Source: a virus. Taken from it: 64,000 bases of DNA. Below the pieces are notes generated by a model, which had not been told where the DNA came from, did no database searches, and saw only the letters and a program-made list of their open reading frames with translations. The translations under genes were made by a program, and so were the position numbers. The DNA lies in the IMG/VR virus record IMGVR_UViG_3300010885_072825, positions 1-64,000 of that record, one strand, 5' to 3'. Below, one piece after another: positions 17,413-26,214 of the stretch (position 1 is the stretch's first letter; the number at the start of each line of letters is the position of its first letter).

Positions 17413-18264
17413 CTATTTATGCCGTAGGAGAAGATAATCTTTTGATAAATCTTTCGCAGGTATCCATTCTGCGTAATTTTGAATGTTATGATTATTGACG
17501 ATTTCTCGGTATTTTTTATGTAATACATAAAATTCATGATTTGGAGTTGCTTTAATTCCATTAATATTGATAATTTCTTTTTTATCATCAAATTTAAAAG
17601 TATTTGTAACAGTCTTAAATTTTCCCGTATGAGTAAGTACTTTTTCACCAATGCCAATATCTTCAATATTACGTAACCCATTTTCTGTCAATACTTGTTG
17701 TCCCGGTACAAAACACCCAGGACCAATGCCTACTTTTACTATGTCCGCTCCTGCCAAAACCAGCGCTTCTGTCATTTCCGGCGTACAAACATTACCTGCC
17801 ATAATGGTCAAGTCAGGATTCTCTTCACGCACTTTTGACAGAAAATCCACAAATGATTCCAAATAAGCACTTGGTACATCAATGCATAGATTTTGAATTC
17901 GATTATCTTTTTCTTGTACGTCACAGAACAATCGATAATCCTGCTCCCGCATACCAATTGAAAACCAAGCTAATTCAACTTCTCGGTCACTCATCGATTG
18001 CCAAGCTGCCAAATGTTGCTCTTCAGTGTAGAATTTATGAAAAGCAGTCATCATTTGATACTTAGACAGTGACTTATGCATGGCAAAGGTGCCAATGGTG
18101 TCCATGTTAGCAGCGACAATAGGCACCCCCGTCCAAGATCGACCACTATGTTTCATAATAAAAGTGCGAGTGATGTCTACATCTCGACGCGATTTCAAAA
18201 CACTGCGCTTAGGAAGAATTAAAACATCATCAAAATCAAGTTTAACTTCCAAATCAATTTTCAT
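17413..18264 (-). CDS. guaC: GMP reductase N-extein fused to split intein N-half (100 aa, 17413-17715)
   Basis: KLDFDDVLILPKRS.LKSR, GVPIVAANMDT, AGNVCT.EM.E.L..AGADIVKVGIGPG/CFVPGQQVLTENG..IEDI..GEKVLTHTG...TPNHEFY. Confidence 0.93.
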   Translation of the reverse strand: MKIDLEVKLDFDDVLILPKRSVLKSRRDVDITRTFIMKHSGRSWTGVPIVAANMDTIGTFAMHKSLSKYQMMTAFHKFYTEEQHLAAWQSMSDREVELAWFSIGMREQDYRLFCDVQEKDNRIQNLCIDVPSAYLESFVDFLSKVREENPDLTIMAGNVCTPEMTEALVLAGADIVKVGIGPGCFVPGQQVLTENGLRNIEDIGIGEKVLTHTGKFKTVTNTFKFDDKKEIININGIKATPNHEFYVLHKKYREIVNNHNIQNYAEWIPAKDLSKDYLLLRHK

Positions 18265-18854
18265 TACAGTGCCTTTGCAGATTCAATAAATTTTGTAACT
18301 TCAGCATGTCGGTTAACAAAATAAGCAAACAACCTAAGTGTGTTGAATGCATCTGCGTCTGCTCGATGTGGATGACCTTGAAATTTTAGCCGAAATCTTT
18401 CCATGGTGCTTTTGAGACCGCCAGCATAAGTTTTGCCTAATGCCAATTGTTGCATGACAAAATATGTTTTGACATCTATCCATCGACGTCCAAAATTTTT
18501 GAAAGTAATACCCCGTTGGGAAAATTCAAACAATAGTTCTGAAGAATCTCCACCACCCCATGTCACAGGATTAATAAAGGGTTGATGTTCTTTTATCAAA
18601 GCCTCCAATTCATCGGCGACTGTTTGATAACTAACAGCTTCATGCTTGATATCAGCATCTGTGATACCTGTCAATTCTGTTATGAATGGAAAGATGGGTT
18701 CTTGAGGATCAACAAACCATGCTCGCGTGATCCAATCGGTTTCTGGTTCATCAACTGCCCCAATGGTGATGCCAACTTGGATAATTTTTGGCCTGACGGT
18801 TTCTGGACCATTGTTGAGTTCTAGATCCAAACTGAGGAATTTCTGTGTTTTCAT
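18264..18854 (-). CDS. DEDDh 3'-5' exonuclease
   Basis: LDLELN, ITELTGI, TWG..D, WIDVK and HRADADA motifs. Confidence 0.85.
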   Translation of the reverse strand: MKTQKFLSLDLELNNGPETVRPKIIQVGITIGAVDEPETDWITRAWFVDPQEPIFPFITELTGITDADIKHEAVSYQTVADELEALIKEHQPFINPVTWGGGDSSELLFEFSQRGITFKNFGRRWIDVKTYFVMQQLALGKTYAGGLKSTMERFRLKFQGHPHRADADAFNTLRLFAYFVNRHAEVTKFIESAKAL

Positions 18855-18890
18855 AGACCAACTATGCACTATTTGCTTGTGGCAGTCAAG

Positions 18891-20261
18891 TTACCTTGCT
18901 AATTTGGGCAGCTTCTTCAGAGCAGTAACTTCAGTCTTGTAGATTTTTTTAATAGCAGCTGGATCTGACAATATTTTTTGATAGCCTGCAATTTCACCTT
19001 CTAATGCTCGAACTCGATCAACCACTTCTTGATAACCATTTTTAGCCCACCTATAGCTGGGTAATCCCACAATACGATCATATTGATCGAGTGTAAGAAC
19101 TACTCGTGTACCAACAATGTTCTTTACTTGAGTCATTACGCCAGATCGGTCAGCTGCTTTTGGCAGGAATTCTGGCAGTTTCTGCTCATAACACAACTTC
19201 AATGCCAAATTGAAATTCAAATCAACGGTCAAGTCTTTGATCAATTTTTCGTATCGTTTGACATAAAATCTCAACCGCCATTTGACAAACTCAGTTATTA
19301 ATTCAGTTGTATTTGCAAACTGGCGAATATTGGTGCCGTCCCAATCCAGTACTACCAATCGCTGACTTGCTTTGGTTCTAAGTTTCAAATAATTGATACA
19401 ATCATCAATTGACCATTTGTCAATCACACCACGTTTGAATTTAATTTCAATTTTTATGTGATCAGTGCTGCGATCCACATAGTTGGCAATCGCATCAGCA
19501 TCTTCCATGTCATTTAACCGAGCTTTGAATTTTTCCAAGCTCAAATCTGGTGGTAGCTCCTCAACCCAAATCACATTACCATCTTTACGTACCTTGCCCG
19601 TAAACTCCCAGGAATTTTCACTTAACGTTTTAACCTGGCAATCCAAATATTCAAAACAGGGCTTTAAAGGCTCCCACTTCTTTCCGTCAATAGCTGCAAT
19701 CGTAGCATCCACAATGTCACTCAAACGATGTGGTAAAATATCAGTTGACCAACCTACAGCAATACCACTAACCCCATTTAGAAGTACCATGGGTACCAAT
19801 GGTAGAAAATGAACCGGTTCCAGCACACTGCCATCATAGTTTTCTTTCATGGGAATAATATCATAATCAGTGTATACTAATTGTTCAGTATAGTTTGATT
19901 TTTGAACATAGGTATAACGTGGAGCACCCCAATCATTGGGTCCTACTCGGGTTCCGAAACTTCCAATTCCCTGCATGAGAGTAATATTATTAGCATAGGG
20001 AGCAGCCATTAGACTGATCATATCAGCTGCTGAAGAATCTGAATGTAGATAAAGGTTGCTGGAAATCAGATTACCTACGAGGCTGATGGTTTTGATTTCA
20101 CCAGAAACCCGCTTGAGAATAAAGAGTGCTTTGCGTTGTGAATCTTTGAGTCCATCACTCACACTGGGTATTCCGCGATTTTGACAGACATAGATACTGT
20201 AATCTCGACTGGTGTTTAGGATATATTCACTGGTAGTTTGTTGTTTCATTTGTGCCATCAC
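18891..20261 (-). CDS. DNA topoisomerase II, GyrA/ParC (T4 gp52)-like subunit
   Basis: R.IPSV.DGLK.SQRK, G.GSFG, APRYT catalytic Tyr, P.VLLNG.SGIAVGW.T. Confidence 0.93.
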   Translation of the reverse strand: MMAQMKQQTTSEYILNTSRDYSIYVCQNRGIPSVSDGLKDSQRKALFILKRVSGEIKTISLVGNLISSNLYLHSDSSAADMISLMAAPYANNITLMQGIGSFGTRVGPNDWGAPRYTYVQKSNYTEQLVYTDYDIIPMKENYDGSVLEPVHFLPLVPMVLLNGVSGIAVGWSTDILPHRLSDIVDATIAAIDGKKWEPLKPCFEYLDCQVKTLSENSWEFTGKVRKDGNVIWVEELPPDLSLEKFKARLNDMEDADAIANYVDRSTDHIKIEIKFKRGVIDKWSIDDCINYLKLRTKASQRLVVLDWDGTNIRQFANTTELITEFVKWRLRFYVKRYEKLIKDLTVDLNFNLALKLCYEQKLPEFLPKAADRSGVMTQVKNIVGTRVVLTLDQYDRIVGLPSYRWAKNGYQEVVDRVRALEGEIAGYQKILSDPAAIKKIYKTEVTALKKLPKLAR

Positions 20262-20617
20262 ATTCTATTCGGAAATGAAAATTTAAATTCCAATATATCT
20301 TCTGGATCTGCTAACAGATACCAACGAACAATAAGATCATCTGCTGCTAAATCTACTAGTGGCCCATATCTAATTATCTCCCAACTAGTAGTCAAACGTT
20401 CAGACGCCCATTGAAAAACAGGAACAACTTTCTCTTCTTCAAATTTATAAAAAATAGTAGTTGTATATTGCCACCTAGATTGTCGACATTCAAATATCAT
20501 TACACTATTAATCGCTGTCATTCGGGGAGTTCGAACAGGATTAATTTTGAAATTGTCATATCCGATTAATCCACAGGCTTTGTCAAATGTTTCCGAAAGA
20601 TAGTTATAACTAGCCAT
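20258..20617 (-). CDS. Hypothetical protein between the topoisomerase subunit genes
   Basis: 119-aa ORF overlapping both neighbours. Confidence 0.55.
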   Translation of the reverse strand: MASYNYLSETFDKACGLIGYDNFKINPVRTPRMTAINSVMIFECRQSRWQYTTTIFYKFEEEKVVPVFQWASERLTTSWEIIRYGPLVDLAADDLIVRWYLLADPEDILEFKFSFPNRM

Positions 20618-22511
20618 TCAAACTAATCCAAGCTTTTCGGTCATCTGCACGAGCATGATTAAAAATCAAATCCAGAGCTTGGTGCAATTTGCCATCATCC
20701 ACAAGTGGGACTAATTGTGGATTTGCTAAACTCATTTGCCAATCTACCTTATCTAACGTTCCCAATCCTTTGGCTCGGCGAACATGTGGGTGACCACGCC
20801 ATTTTTCTGGATCATATTCTGCTACATTGTGAGCATACCAATAATGACGTCCCTTGTTCTTATCTAACTGTATTAGGAATGGTGTCATAAAAGCATTAAA
20901 GAAAGGCGGAAGCGCTGGATCAAATAATTCTGGCCAATTCAAGTAGAAAAAATTAACCAACAGAGCTGTAATATTGGCGCCATCCGGATCCTGGTCTGCT
21001 GCTAACCAAACTTCACCATATCGCAAATTTTTACGGTCAGCTGTCTGACCAAAGCTCAGGCCAATTGAAATCATAACATTTTGAATAATTTGATTTTCTA
21101 TTAGTCTTTTTGGTGATTCTCCATGTGCGTTGATAATTTTGCCACGCAACGGAAACGTGCCGTGAATTTCAGGTGTTCGAACAGCCGAACTCATTGACGC
21201 GGCGGAATTGCCTTCACAAATTATGAGGATGCATTTAGTTCGGTCTCGACCAGTTGCGTCCAATAGGCTTGGGACTTTTGTTCGCAACATTTTTTTATTG
21301 GCCTTGTTGATATCAGCATCATCACGCTTTTGAGTACGTTTTGCACAACGTTCATAAATTTCATCTATCCAAGCTCGGTTTGATTTAATCAACTTGTCTA
21401 AATTGGCTTCATCATCAAAGAATGCTTTGATATATTGATCTACTTCTTCGTTAATCAAGCGAGTCTTGCTTTGACTGTCAAAGTTGGGAGCATGCATGGT
21501 GGTGACATTGTATATTAGGAGACCCTCGCTGACATCACTTCGATTTGGAGTGAGTCCACGCTTTCGGCTTTCTTTTTCCAAAGCTCTGATAAGACCACCG
21601 TAAAATAGTTTTTTAAATGTATCAATATGTTGACCACCATTGAAAGCCGGAATATCATTCACTGTAGTATGAACGATTTCATCACTGTCAGTAAAATTAG
21701 GCACAAGAATATATTGGCTGGAAAACTTGGGTTGATCTATTACCAGTTTGATAACTGCTTGTCCATCAAAGAAAGTTTTTTCAATAGTGGGTTTTACTAG
21801 AATCTTTTTTGTATTGAAAGTGAATTTGATATTGGGATGAGCTGCTGCAATTTCCCAGACTCGTGCTTGCACAAATTCTAATGACAGTTGAGGATTCTTA
21901 AAAACCGACTTGCTCAATTTGAAAACGATCCTAGTTCCAGTCTTGCCTTTTAGAGGACTGATCTTGGGATCAAAAATTTGAAGTTGATCAAACAGTTCAT
22001 TTCCTTCTTTGTATTCCTGTGAAAATTTCATGCCATCTCGATAGATATCAACATGAAAATATTCACTGCAATTGACTACGATTGAGCTCCCAACGCCATT
22101 CGTTCCTCTTACGATTTCTCGATCTCCAAAGTTTCGACCAGCTCGGGTATGTGTTAGAGCTAGAGTAGCTTTGTGCATTTTTTCAACTGGATCCCAATCA
22201 ATTGGAATTCCGCGTCCATCATCAACCACTTCAAAAACAAATGTTTTGGGATCGAATGAAATATCTATTTTTGTGCCATGTCCGTGTCCAACAATTTCAT
22301 CCAGGGCGTTGTCAAAAATCTCACGAAAAAAAGCATAGACTGCTGGTGTCCAAGTTTGTTCCTGAACTTCTAATTTGGAACCAGTCCAATTGACAATATT
22401 TTGTGTATGTGGTGATTTTGAACCCAACCACATCTCTGTTCTAAGACGTGCATGTTGATATTCACTTAGTTTGACAATCGTGTCTTTTTCTGGTTTGGTT
22501 GTTTTTTTCAT
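20610..22511 (-). CDS. DNA topoisomerase II, GyrB/ParE-like subunit
   Basis: EIFDNALDE, DDGRGIP, GTNGVG, EGNSA, PLRGKI, DQDPDG and KGLG motifs. Confidence 0.95.
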   Translation of the reverse strand: MKKTTKPEKDTIVKLSEYQHARLRTEMWLGSKSPHTQNIVNWTGSKLEVQEQTWTPAVYAFFREIFDNALDEIVGHGHGTKIDISFDPKTFVFEVVDDGRGIPIDWDPVEKMHKATLALTHTRAGRNFGDREIVRGTNGVGSSIVVNCSEYFHVDIYRDGMKFSQEYKEGNELFDQLQIFDPKISPLKGKTGTRIVFKLSKSVFKNPQLSLEFVQARVWEIAAAHPNIKFTFNTKKILVKPTIEKTFFDGQAVIKLVIDQPKFSSQYILVPNFTDSDEIVHTTVNDIPAFNGGQHIDTFKKLFYGGLIRALEKESRKRGLTPNRSDVSEGLLIYNVTTMHAPNFDSQSKTRLINEEVDQYIKAFFDDEANLDKLIKSNRAWIDEIYERCAKRTQKRDDADINKANKKMLRTKVPSLLDATGRDRTKCILIICEGNSAASMSSAVRTPEIHGTFPLRGKIINAHGESPKRLIENQIIQNVMISIGLSFGQTADRKNLRYGEVWLAADQDPDGANITALLVNFFYLNWPELFDPALPPFFNAFMTPFLIQLDKNKGRHYWYAHNVAEYDPEKWRGHPHVRRAKGLGTLDKVDWQMSLANPQLVPLVDDGKLHQALDLIFNHARADDRKAWISLNG

Positions 22512-22575
22512 TCATATTCCACTAGGAAGCAATATTTATGTCTAAGGAATCAATTGGTTCAATGTCAACTGTTTA

Positions 22576-22605
22576 GAAAAAGAAAGCAGCATTTCTGCTG
22601 CTTTC
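22576..22605 (-). terminator. Intrinsic terminator after the tmRNA
   Basis: GAAAGCAGCA-GAAA-TGCTGCTTTC followed by a T-run on the minus strand. Confidence 0.8.
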
Positions 22606-22606
22606 C

Positions 22607-22915
22607 TATAAGTTTTTCGGTTGCCAAGAAAACTTATAAACTCCGGTATACTATGCGACGAGCGCTAGTTCCATATTGTAATTGTCATTGACATTTACAG
22701 GTTTTTGGTTATAACGTAACCATTCGAGTTGCCATTCTATCTATAAAATGCCAGTCGATTCTAATCGGCCCCATAAAAGAACATCTGATATCTCAACCAA
22801 ATTTTGCAGACCTAGGTAACGATTTTACGTCTGAACCAGATGCTCATTGGTGGAGCCGCGGAAGAACTGCCCTTCCGGTGTTGCTCATTGTTCAATAGTT
22901 TGGTTTACAACTATT
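22607..22915 (-). ncRNA. ssrA: Two-piece (circularly permuted) tmRNA
   Basis: Acceptor piece ends CGGAAG-GGCAGTT-CTTCCG-CGGCTCCACCA (CCA end at 22848); intervening hairpin; coding piece starts GGGGCCGATTAGAATCGAC (22772); G3.U70 pair; tag VNDNYNMELALVA* at 22692-22651. Confidence 0.9.
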
Positions 22916-22920
22916 AAATA

Positions 22921-22951
22921 TATTTATACGACATTATTTCTTTTATGTCAA
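22921..22951 (-). promoter_or_regulatory. Composite promoter TTGACA-N17-TATAAATA for the tmRNA
   Basis: Perfect -35, 17-bp spacer, TATAAATA box. Confidence 0.7.
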
Positions 22952-22964
22952 GTAAACCATTCAA

Positions 22965-23507
22965 TTATTGCGACATAAATCCACGATTTGTCTTCAACCA
23001 AGCCAAAATTGCATTGGGACTGGTCTCGCCATAGGGATCAGTTTCGCAATTATCACACTTGCCGGGTTCTTCAAAGATTTTTTCAACTCGGCCATGATCA
23101 ATGATGGCTGCATAACGCCAGCTTCGACGACCAAATCCCAAATTATCCTTGTCAACCAGTTGACTCATGGCTTCTGTGAATCGTCCACTGCCATCTGGGA
23201 TCACTTTCAAATTTTTCAGTTTTTGATCTTGTGCCCATTTATTCATCACAAAGGCATCATTGACTGACATCACATAGATATCATCAATGCCAAATTTTTG
23301 AAAATCTGCATAACTTTCTTCAAAGCCAGGTACTTGATAAGTAGAACAGGTGGGAGTGAATGCTCCAGGAAGTGAAACCAAGATCACTCTTTTATTGGCA
23401 AATAGATCAAAGCTTGTTACATCTTGCCAACGATAGGGATTTGGTCCTTCAATTGAATCATCACGTACTCGGAATTTAAATACGATATTGGGTACTACTT
23501 GGGTCAT
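22965..23507 (-). CDS. Peroxiredoxin (Prx5-like)
   Basis: SLPGAFTPTCS, SVNDAFVM, PDG.G.FT and GFGRRSWRYA motifs. Confidence 0.95.
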   Translation of the reverse strand: MTQVVPNIVFKFRVRDDSIEGPNPYRWQDVTSFDLFANKRVILVSLPGAFTPTCSTYQVPGFEESYADFQKFGIDDIYVMSVNDAFVMNKWAQDQKLKNLKVIPDGSGRFTEAMSQLVDKDNLGFGRRSWRYAAIIDHGRVEKIFEEPGKCDNCETDPYGETSPNAILAWLKTNRGFMSQ

Positions 23508-23565
23508 AAGATATCCTTTGTTTTTCTTAATTATATGAGTTTAATCATATGACCGCAAATAAGTT

Positions 23566-23739
23566 CTATTCATCAATCAATTCTTTTTGAACCATTTCCA
23601 CAGCTTGGTCCAAATAAATTTGTCGCTTTTTAAAACTCAACTTTTCCCAAGCGGCTGCATCACAATTGGCATTCAAAAGAGCTTGTCGCCGAACTCGATC
23701 AGCATAGTAGAATTCCACATCAGCTTTGTTCAATCGCAT
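23566..23739 (-). CDS. Hypothetical 57-aa protein
   Basis: Manual translation MRLNKADVEFYYADR...ELIDE*; GAAGGAG RBS. Confidence 0.6.
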   Translation of the reverse strand: MRLNKADVEFYYADRVRRQALLNANCDAAAWEKLSFKKRQIYLDQAVEMVQKELIDE

Positions 23740-23859
23740 TAGTAATCTCCTTCAACAAATATGTAGCGGTTTTGTATCTGATTGTCAAGACAAGGCTGAA
23801 GACGGTCTCCTAAAAGACCGCCTTCGAATGTGCCGACTACACATGGCAGTGGCAACAAT

Positions 23860-24006
23860 TTATTTTGGAGCGGTTACGTTGTCTGTGGTAGCATTATCCA
23901 TCACAGTGTTTGTAGTGTTATCAACAGTATTAGTTACTGTCTTTGAACCACATGCTGCCAAACCAAGTGTAGCTGCTGCTACAACAGCAATCAAGATAGT
24001 CTTCAT
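23860..24006 (-). CDS. Small 48-aa lipoprotein
   Basis: MKTILIAVVAAATLGLAA-C-GSKTVTNTVDN...; lipobox LAAC; AGGAGA RBS. Confidence 0.75.
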   Translation of the reverse strand: MKTILIAVVAAATLGLAACGSKTVTNTVDNTTNTVMDNATTDNVTAPK

Positions 24007-24064
24007 TTTTATTCTCCTGTTAAAAATTAATTATGTGAAATAACTGACCGGCTGTCAATTATTT

Positions 24065-24373
24065 TTAGAATCTTTCGTAGCAAGTACGAACATATTCTGT
24101 TTCATAATGTGACCTGACCAATTCCCAACTTGTACATGCATAAGTTTTGTAGGGATCATACCCAAATCCAGGAACGTATCGAGTCACATATCGAGGACCA
24201 TGCCAAACAAACCATGTTCGGTCATCTCGGTAATGCTCTGGTCGGTGCCTATCAGTCCAGTATCGGTCACGCTCTTCATGACGATCCCAATCACGGCGTT
24301 CTTCAGCAGTAACTGCTGACGCAATTGACATAAAGGACAGGGCCATTAGAACCAATAGAACAATTTTTTTCAT
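24065..24373 (-). CDS. Secreted protein with an Arg/Asp/Trp-rich segment
   Basis: Signal peptide MKKIVLLVLMALSFMSIASAVTA; GAAGGAG RBS. Confidence 0.65.
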   Translation of the reverse strand: MKKIVLLVLMALSFMSIASAVTAEERRDWDRHEERDRYWTDRHRPEHYRDDRTWFVWHGPRYVTRYVPGFGYDPYKTYACTSWELVRSHYETEYVRTCYERF

Positions 24374-24418
24374 TTGAAGTCTCCTTCTACTCAAACTATA
24401 TAGTTATTTATGGAAAGG

Positions 24419-24766
24419 TCAAACAATTAATTTTGAAACACTGGAATTCTTTGCAGGAACTTCTAACCCTGTAGTGTTTGTAATATAACCGTTTTTTGCT
24501 TGTTCACTGCTCAGTTGAATTGTCAAACAATGTGACTTTGAAAAAGACAAGGTAGAATCTTGATCAATACCCAACATATAATAGGGACTCATTGTAATTC
24601 CAGATTGACCAGTGTGATCATTCACATAAACACTCAAAATCAGTGGTTTGGCAATTGTAATTGTGGTATCATCCTGCTCAACAAATTTACCGATTAATTC
24701 ATCATTGTTGACAAGTTTAATAGAGATGATGTCGTTTGCTGCAATCTTTGTTTTTTTAATTAGCAT
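24419..24766 (-). CDS. Conserved phage hypothetical protein (possible Sm-like fold)
   Basis: DIISIKLVNNDELIGKF..QD...ITI.KP pattern. Confidence 0.6.
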   Translation of the reverse strand: MLIKKTKIAANDIISIKLVNNDELIGKFVEQDDTTITIAKPLILSVYVNDHTGQSGITMSPYYMLGIDQDSTLSFSKSHCLTIQLSSEQAKNGYITNTTGLEVPAKNSSVSKLIV

Positions 24767-24819
24767 GGGTTTCCTTTTTGATATTCTTTAATTATTTTCA
24801 AAAAAGCCGTCAAATGCAA

Positions 24820-25083
24820 TTATTGATTTTGAAAGAATGCAGACAACTCATCATAACCGCCAATATAGCTGGAATTTAACCAGATCTGCGGAACTGATTT
24901 GGCATTTGGCAATTTTTCCAAAAGTTCTTCACGTGTAGTATATTGTTGATTTGGTTTTAGCGTTTTTTCGTTGAATCCTGGACTGATGATCAGTTCCTGA
25001 TAGGCAATGTTTTTTGAATCCAACAATTGTTTTGCTTGTACACAATAGGGGCAATTGTCTTTGGAATAGATAATAGCGTTCAT
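24820..25083 (-). CDS. Glutaredoxin
   Basis: CPYC, SVPQIW and IGGYDEL motifs. Confidence 0.95.
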   Translation of the reverse strand: MNAIIYSKDNCPYCVQAKQLLDSKNIAYQELIISPGFNEKTLKPNQQYTTREELLEKLPNAKSVPQIWLNSSYIGGYDELSAFFQNQ

Positions 25084-25104
25084 GTTTCTCCTTAGGTTGC
25101 TATT

Positions 25105-26199
25105 TTATAAATTTGGTAGAGCTGCATAATCAATTGAATCACTCATCATACCAATAAGATAAGAAGTGTTTTCCATTTCTTGCAAGGCTGGTTGACGAGA
25201 ATTCAAGTTAACATATTTGTTGAACCAGGGGATGGGATTATTTTTTGGAGCTGGTTCATTGTATTTGATTCCAATATCCTTGAGTCTGGTTGCTGCGGTC
25301 CAATCAACAAAATCTCGCAATATTTCTGTGTTTAAGCCGATCACAACACCCTTTTTAAACAAATATGCTGCCCATTGTTTTTCTTCTTCAATCACATCAG
25401 AATATAGTTGATAGACTTCTGATTTAGCCTCTTGCGCAATTGCGATGAAGTCAGGATCTTCTTTGACTACATTGTTGATTATCCAAGCAGTCCATTCAGT
25501 ATGCAGCAATTCATCCTGAAGAATCAAACTAATTATATTACCGTTTCCGGTATAAATTTGATTTTCTACCATAGCCAATGATGTTGCAAAACTAACCATA
25601 AAACGCAGAGCTTCCAAAGCATAACTGGCATGTAGTGCCATCCAAATTGCTCTTTTGTGATCTATTCGATCCACCGGCATGCCAAGTTCAACTTGACAAT
25701 TCAATTTATGCAATGCGTCATAATAAATACCAACGTTGGCCGCCATGCCAATTATTTCACTGGTGTCATGTATCTTATTAAATTCATCTTTGGGCACATT
25801 GTAGATATTTCGGATTATGTGGCTATAGCTTTTAGAATGAATATTGGTTTCAAACATTGACCAAATTAAAACCAGTGATTCTAATTCAGGGAGTGATACA
25901 ACTGGTGTAAAAATTTGAACAGGAGCACGGCCTTGTATACTGTCTAGTGCCGTTTGTCTTAATAGATTACTTGTGAAAATATGTTTGATTGGTTCACTGG
26001 CATCCTTGTGATCAATCTTGTCTCTGGTAAGACTGATTTCTTCGGGTACCCAAAAATAACCTTTTTGAATTTCTTCAAATTTTGCAATCTTTGGATATCG
26101 GTATTCTTCAAAACGCTGGACCGTAACTGTTCCATCAAGAAACATTTTGCGAGACAGGTAATTGGGATTATAACTCAAGTCATAACTTTTAGTAGTCAT
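25105..26199 (-). CDS. nrdB: Ribonucleotide reductase class Ia beta subunit
   Basis: FWVPEEISL, QTALDSIQGR, E.NIHSKSYSHI, LEALRF.VSFA and DELLH motifs. Confidence 0.95.
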   Translation of the reverse strand: MTTKSYDLSYNPNYLSRKMFLDGTVTVQRFEEYRYPKIAKFEEIQKGYFWVPEEISLTRDKIDHKDASEPIKHIFTSNLLRQTALDSIQGRAPVQIFTPVVSLPELESLVLIWSMFETNIHSKSYSHIIRNIYNVPKDEFNKIHDTSEIIGMAANVGIYYDALHKLNCQVELGMPVDRIDHKRAIWMALHASYALEALRFMVSFATSLAMVENQIYTGNGNIISLILQDELLHTEWTAWIINNVVKEDPDFIAIAQEAKSEVYQLYSDVIEEEKQWAAYLFKKGVVIGLNTEILRDFVDWTAATRLKDIGIKYNEPAPKNNPIPWFNKYVNLNSRQPALQEMENTSYLIGMMSDSIDYAALPNL

Positions 26200-26214
26200 A
26201 GTCGTCCTTTTGAA

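Noticed and set aside
17364-17681. Overlapping ORF suggesting guaC is a frameshifted pseudogene or a broken cis-intein
   Set aside because: IntN and IntC have the lengths and termini of natural split inteins, each with a proper stop or start. The 105-aa ORF is an off-frame shadow.
23726-24043. 105-aa + strand ORF
   Set aside because: Antisense shadow of the minus-strand lipoprotein gene, which has the RBS and lipobox.
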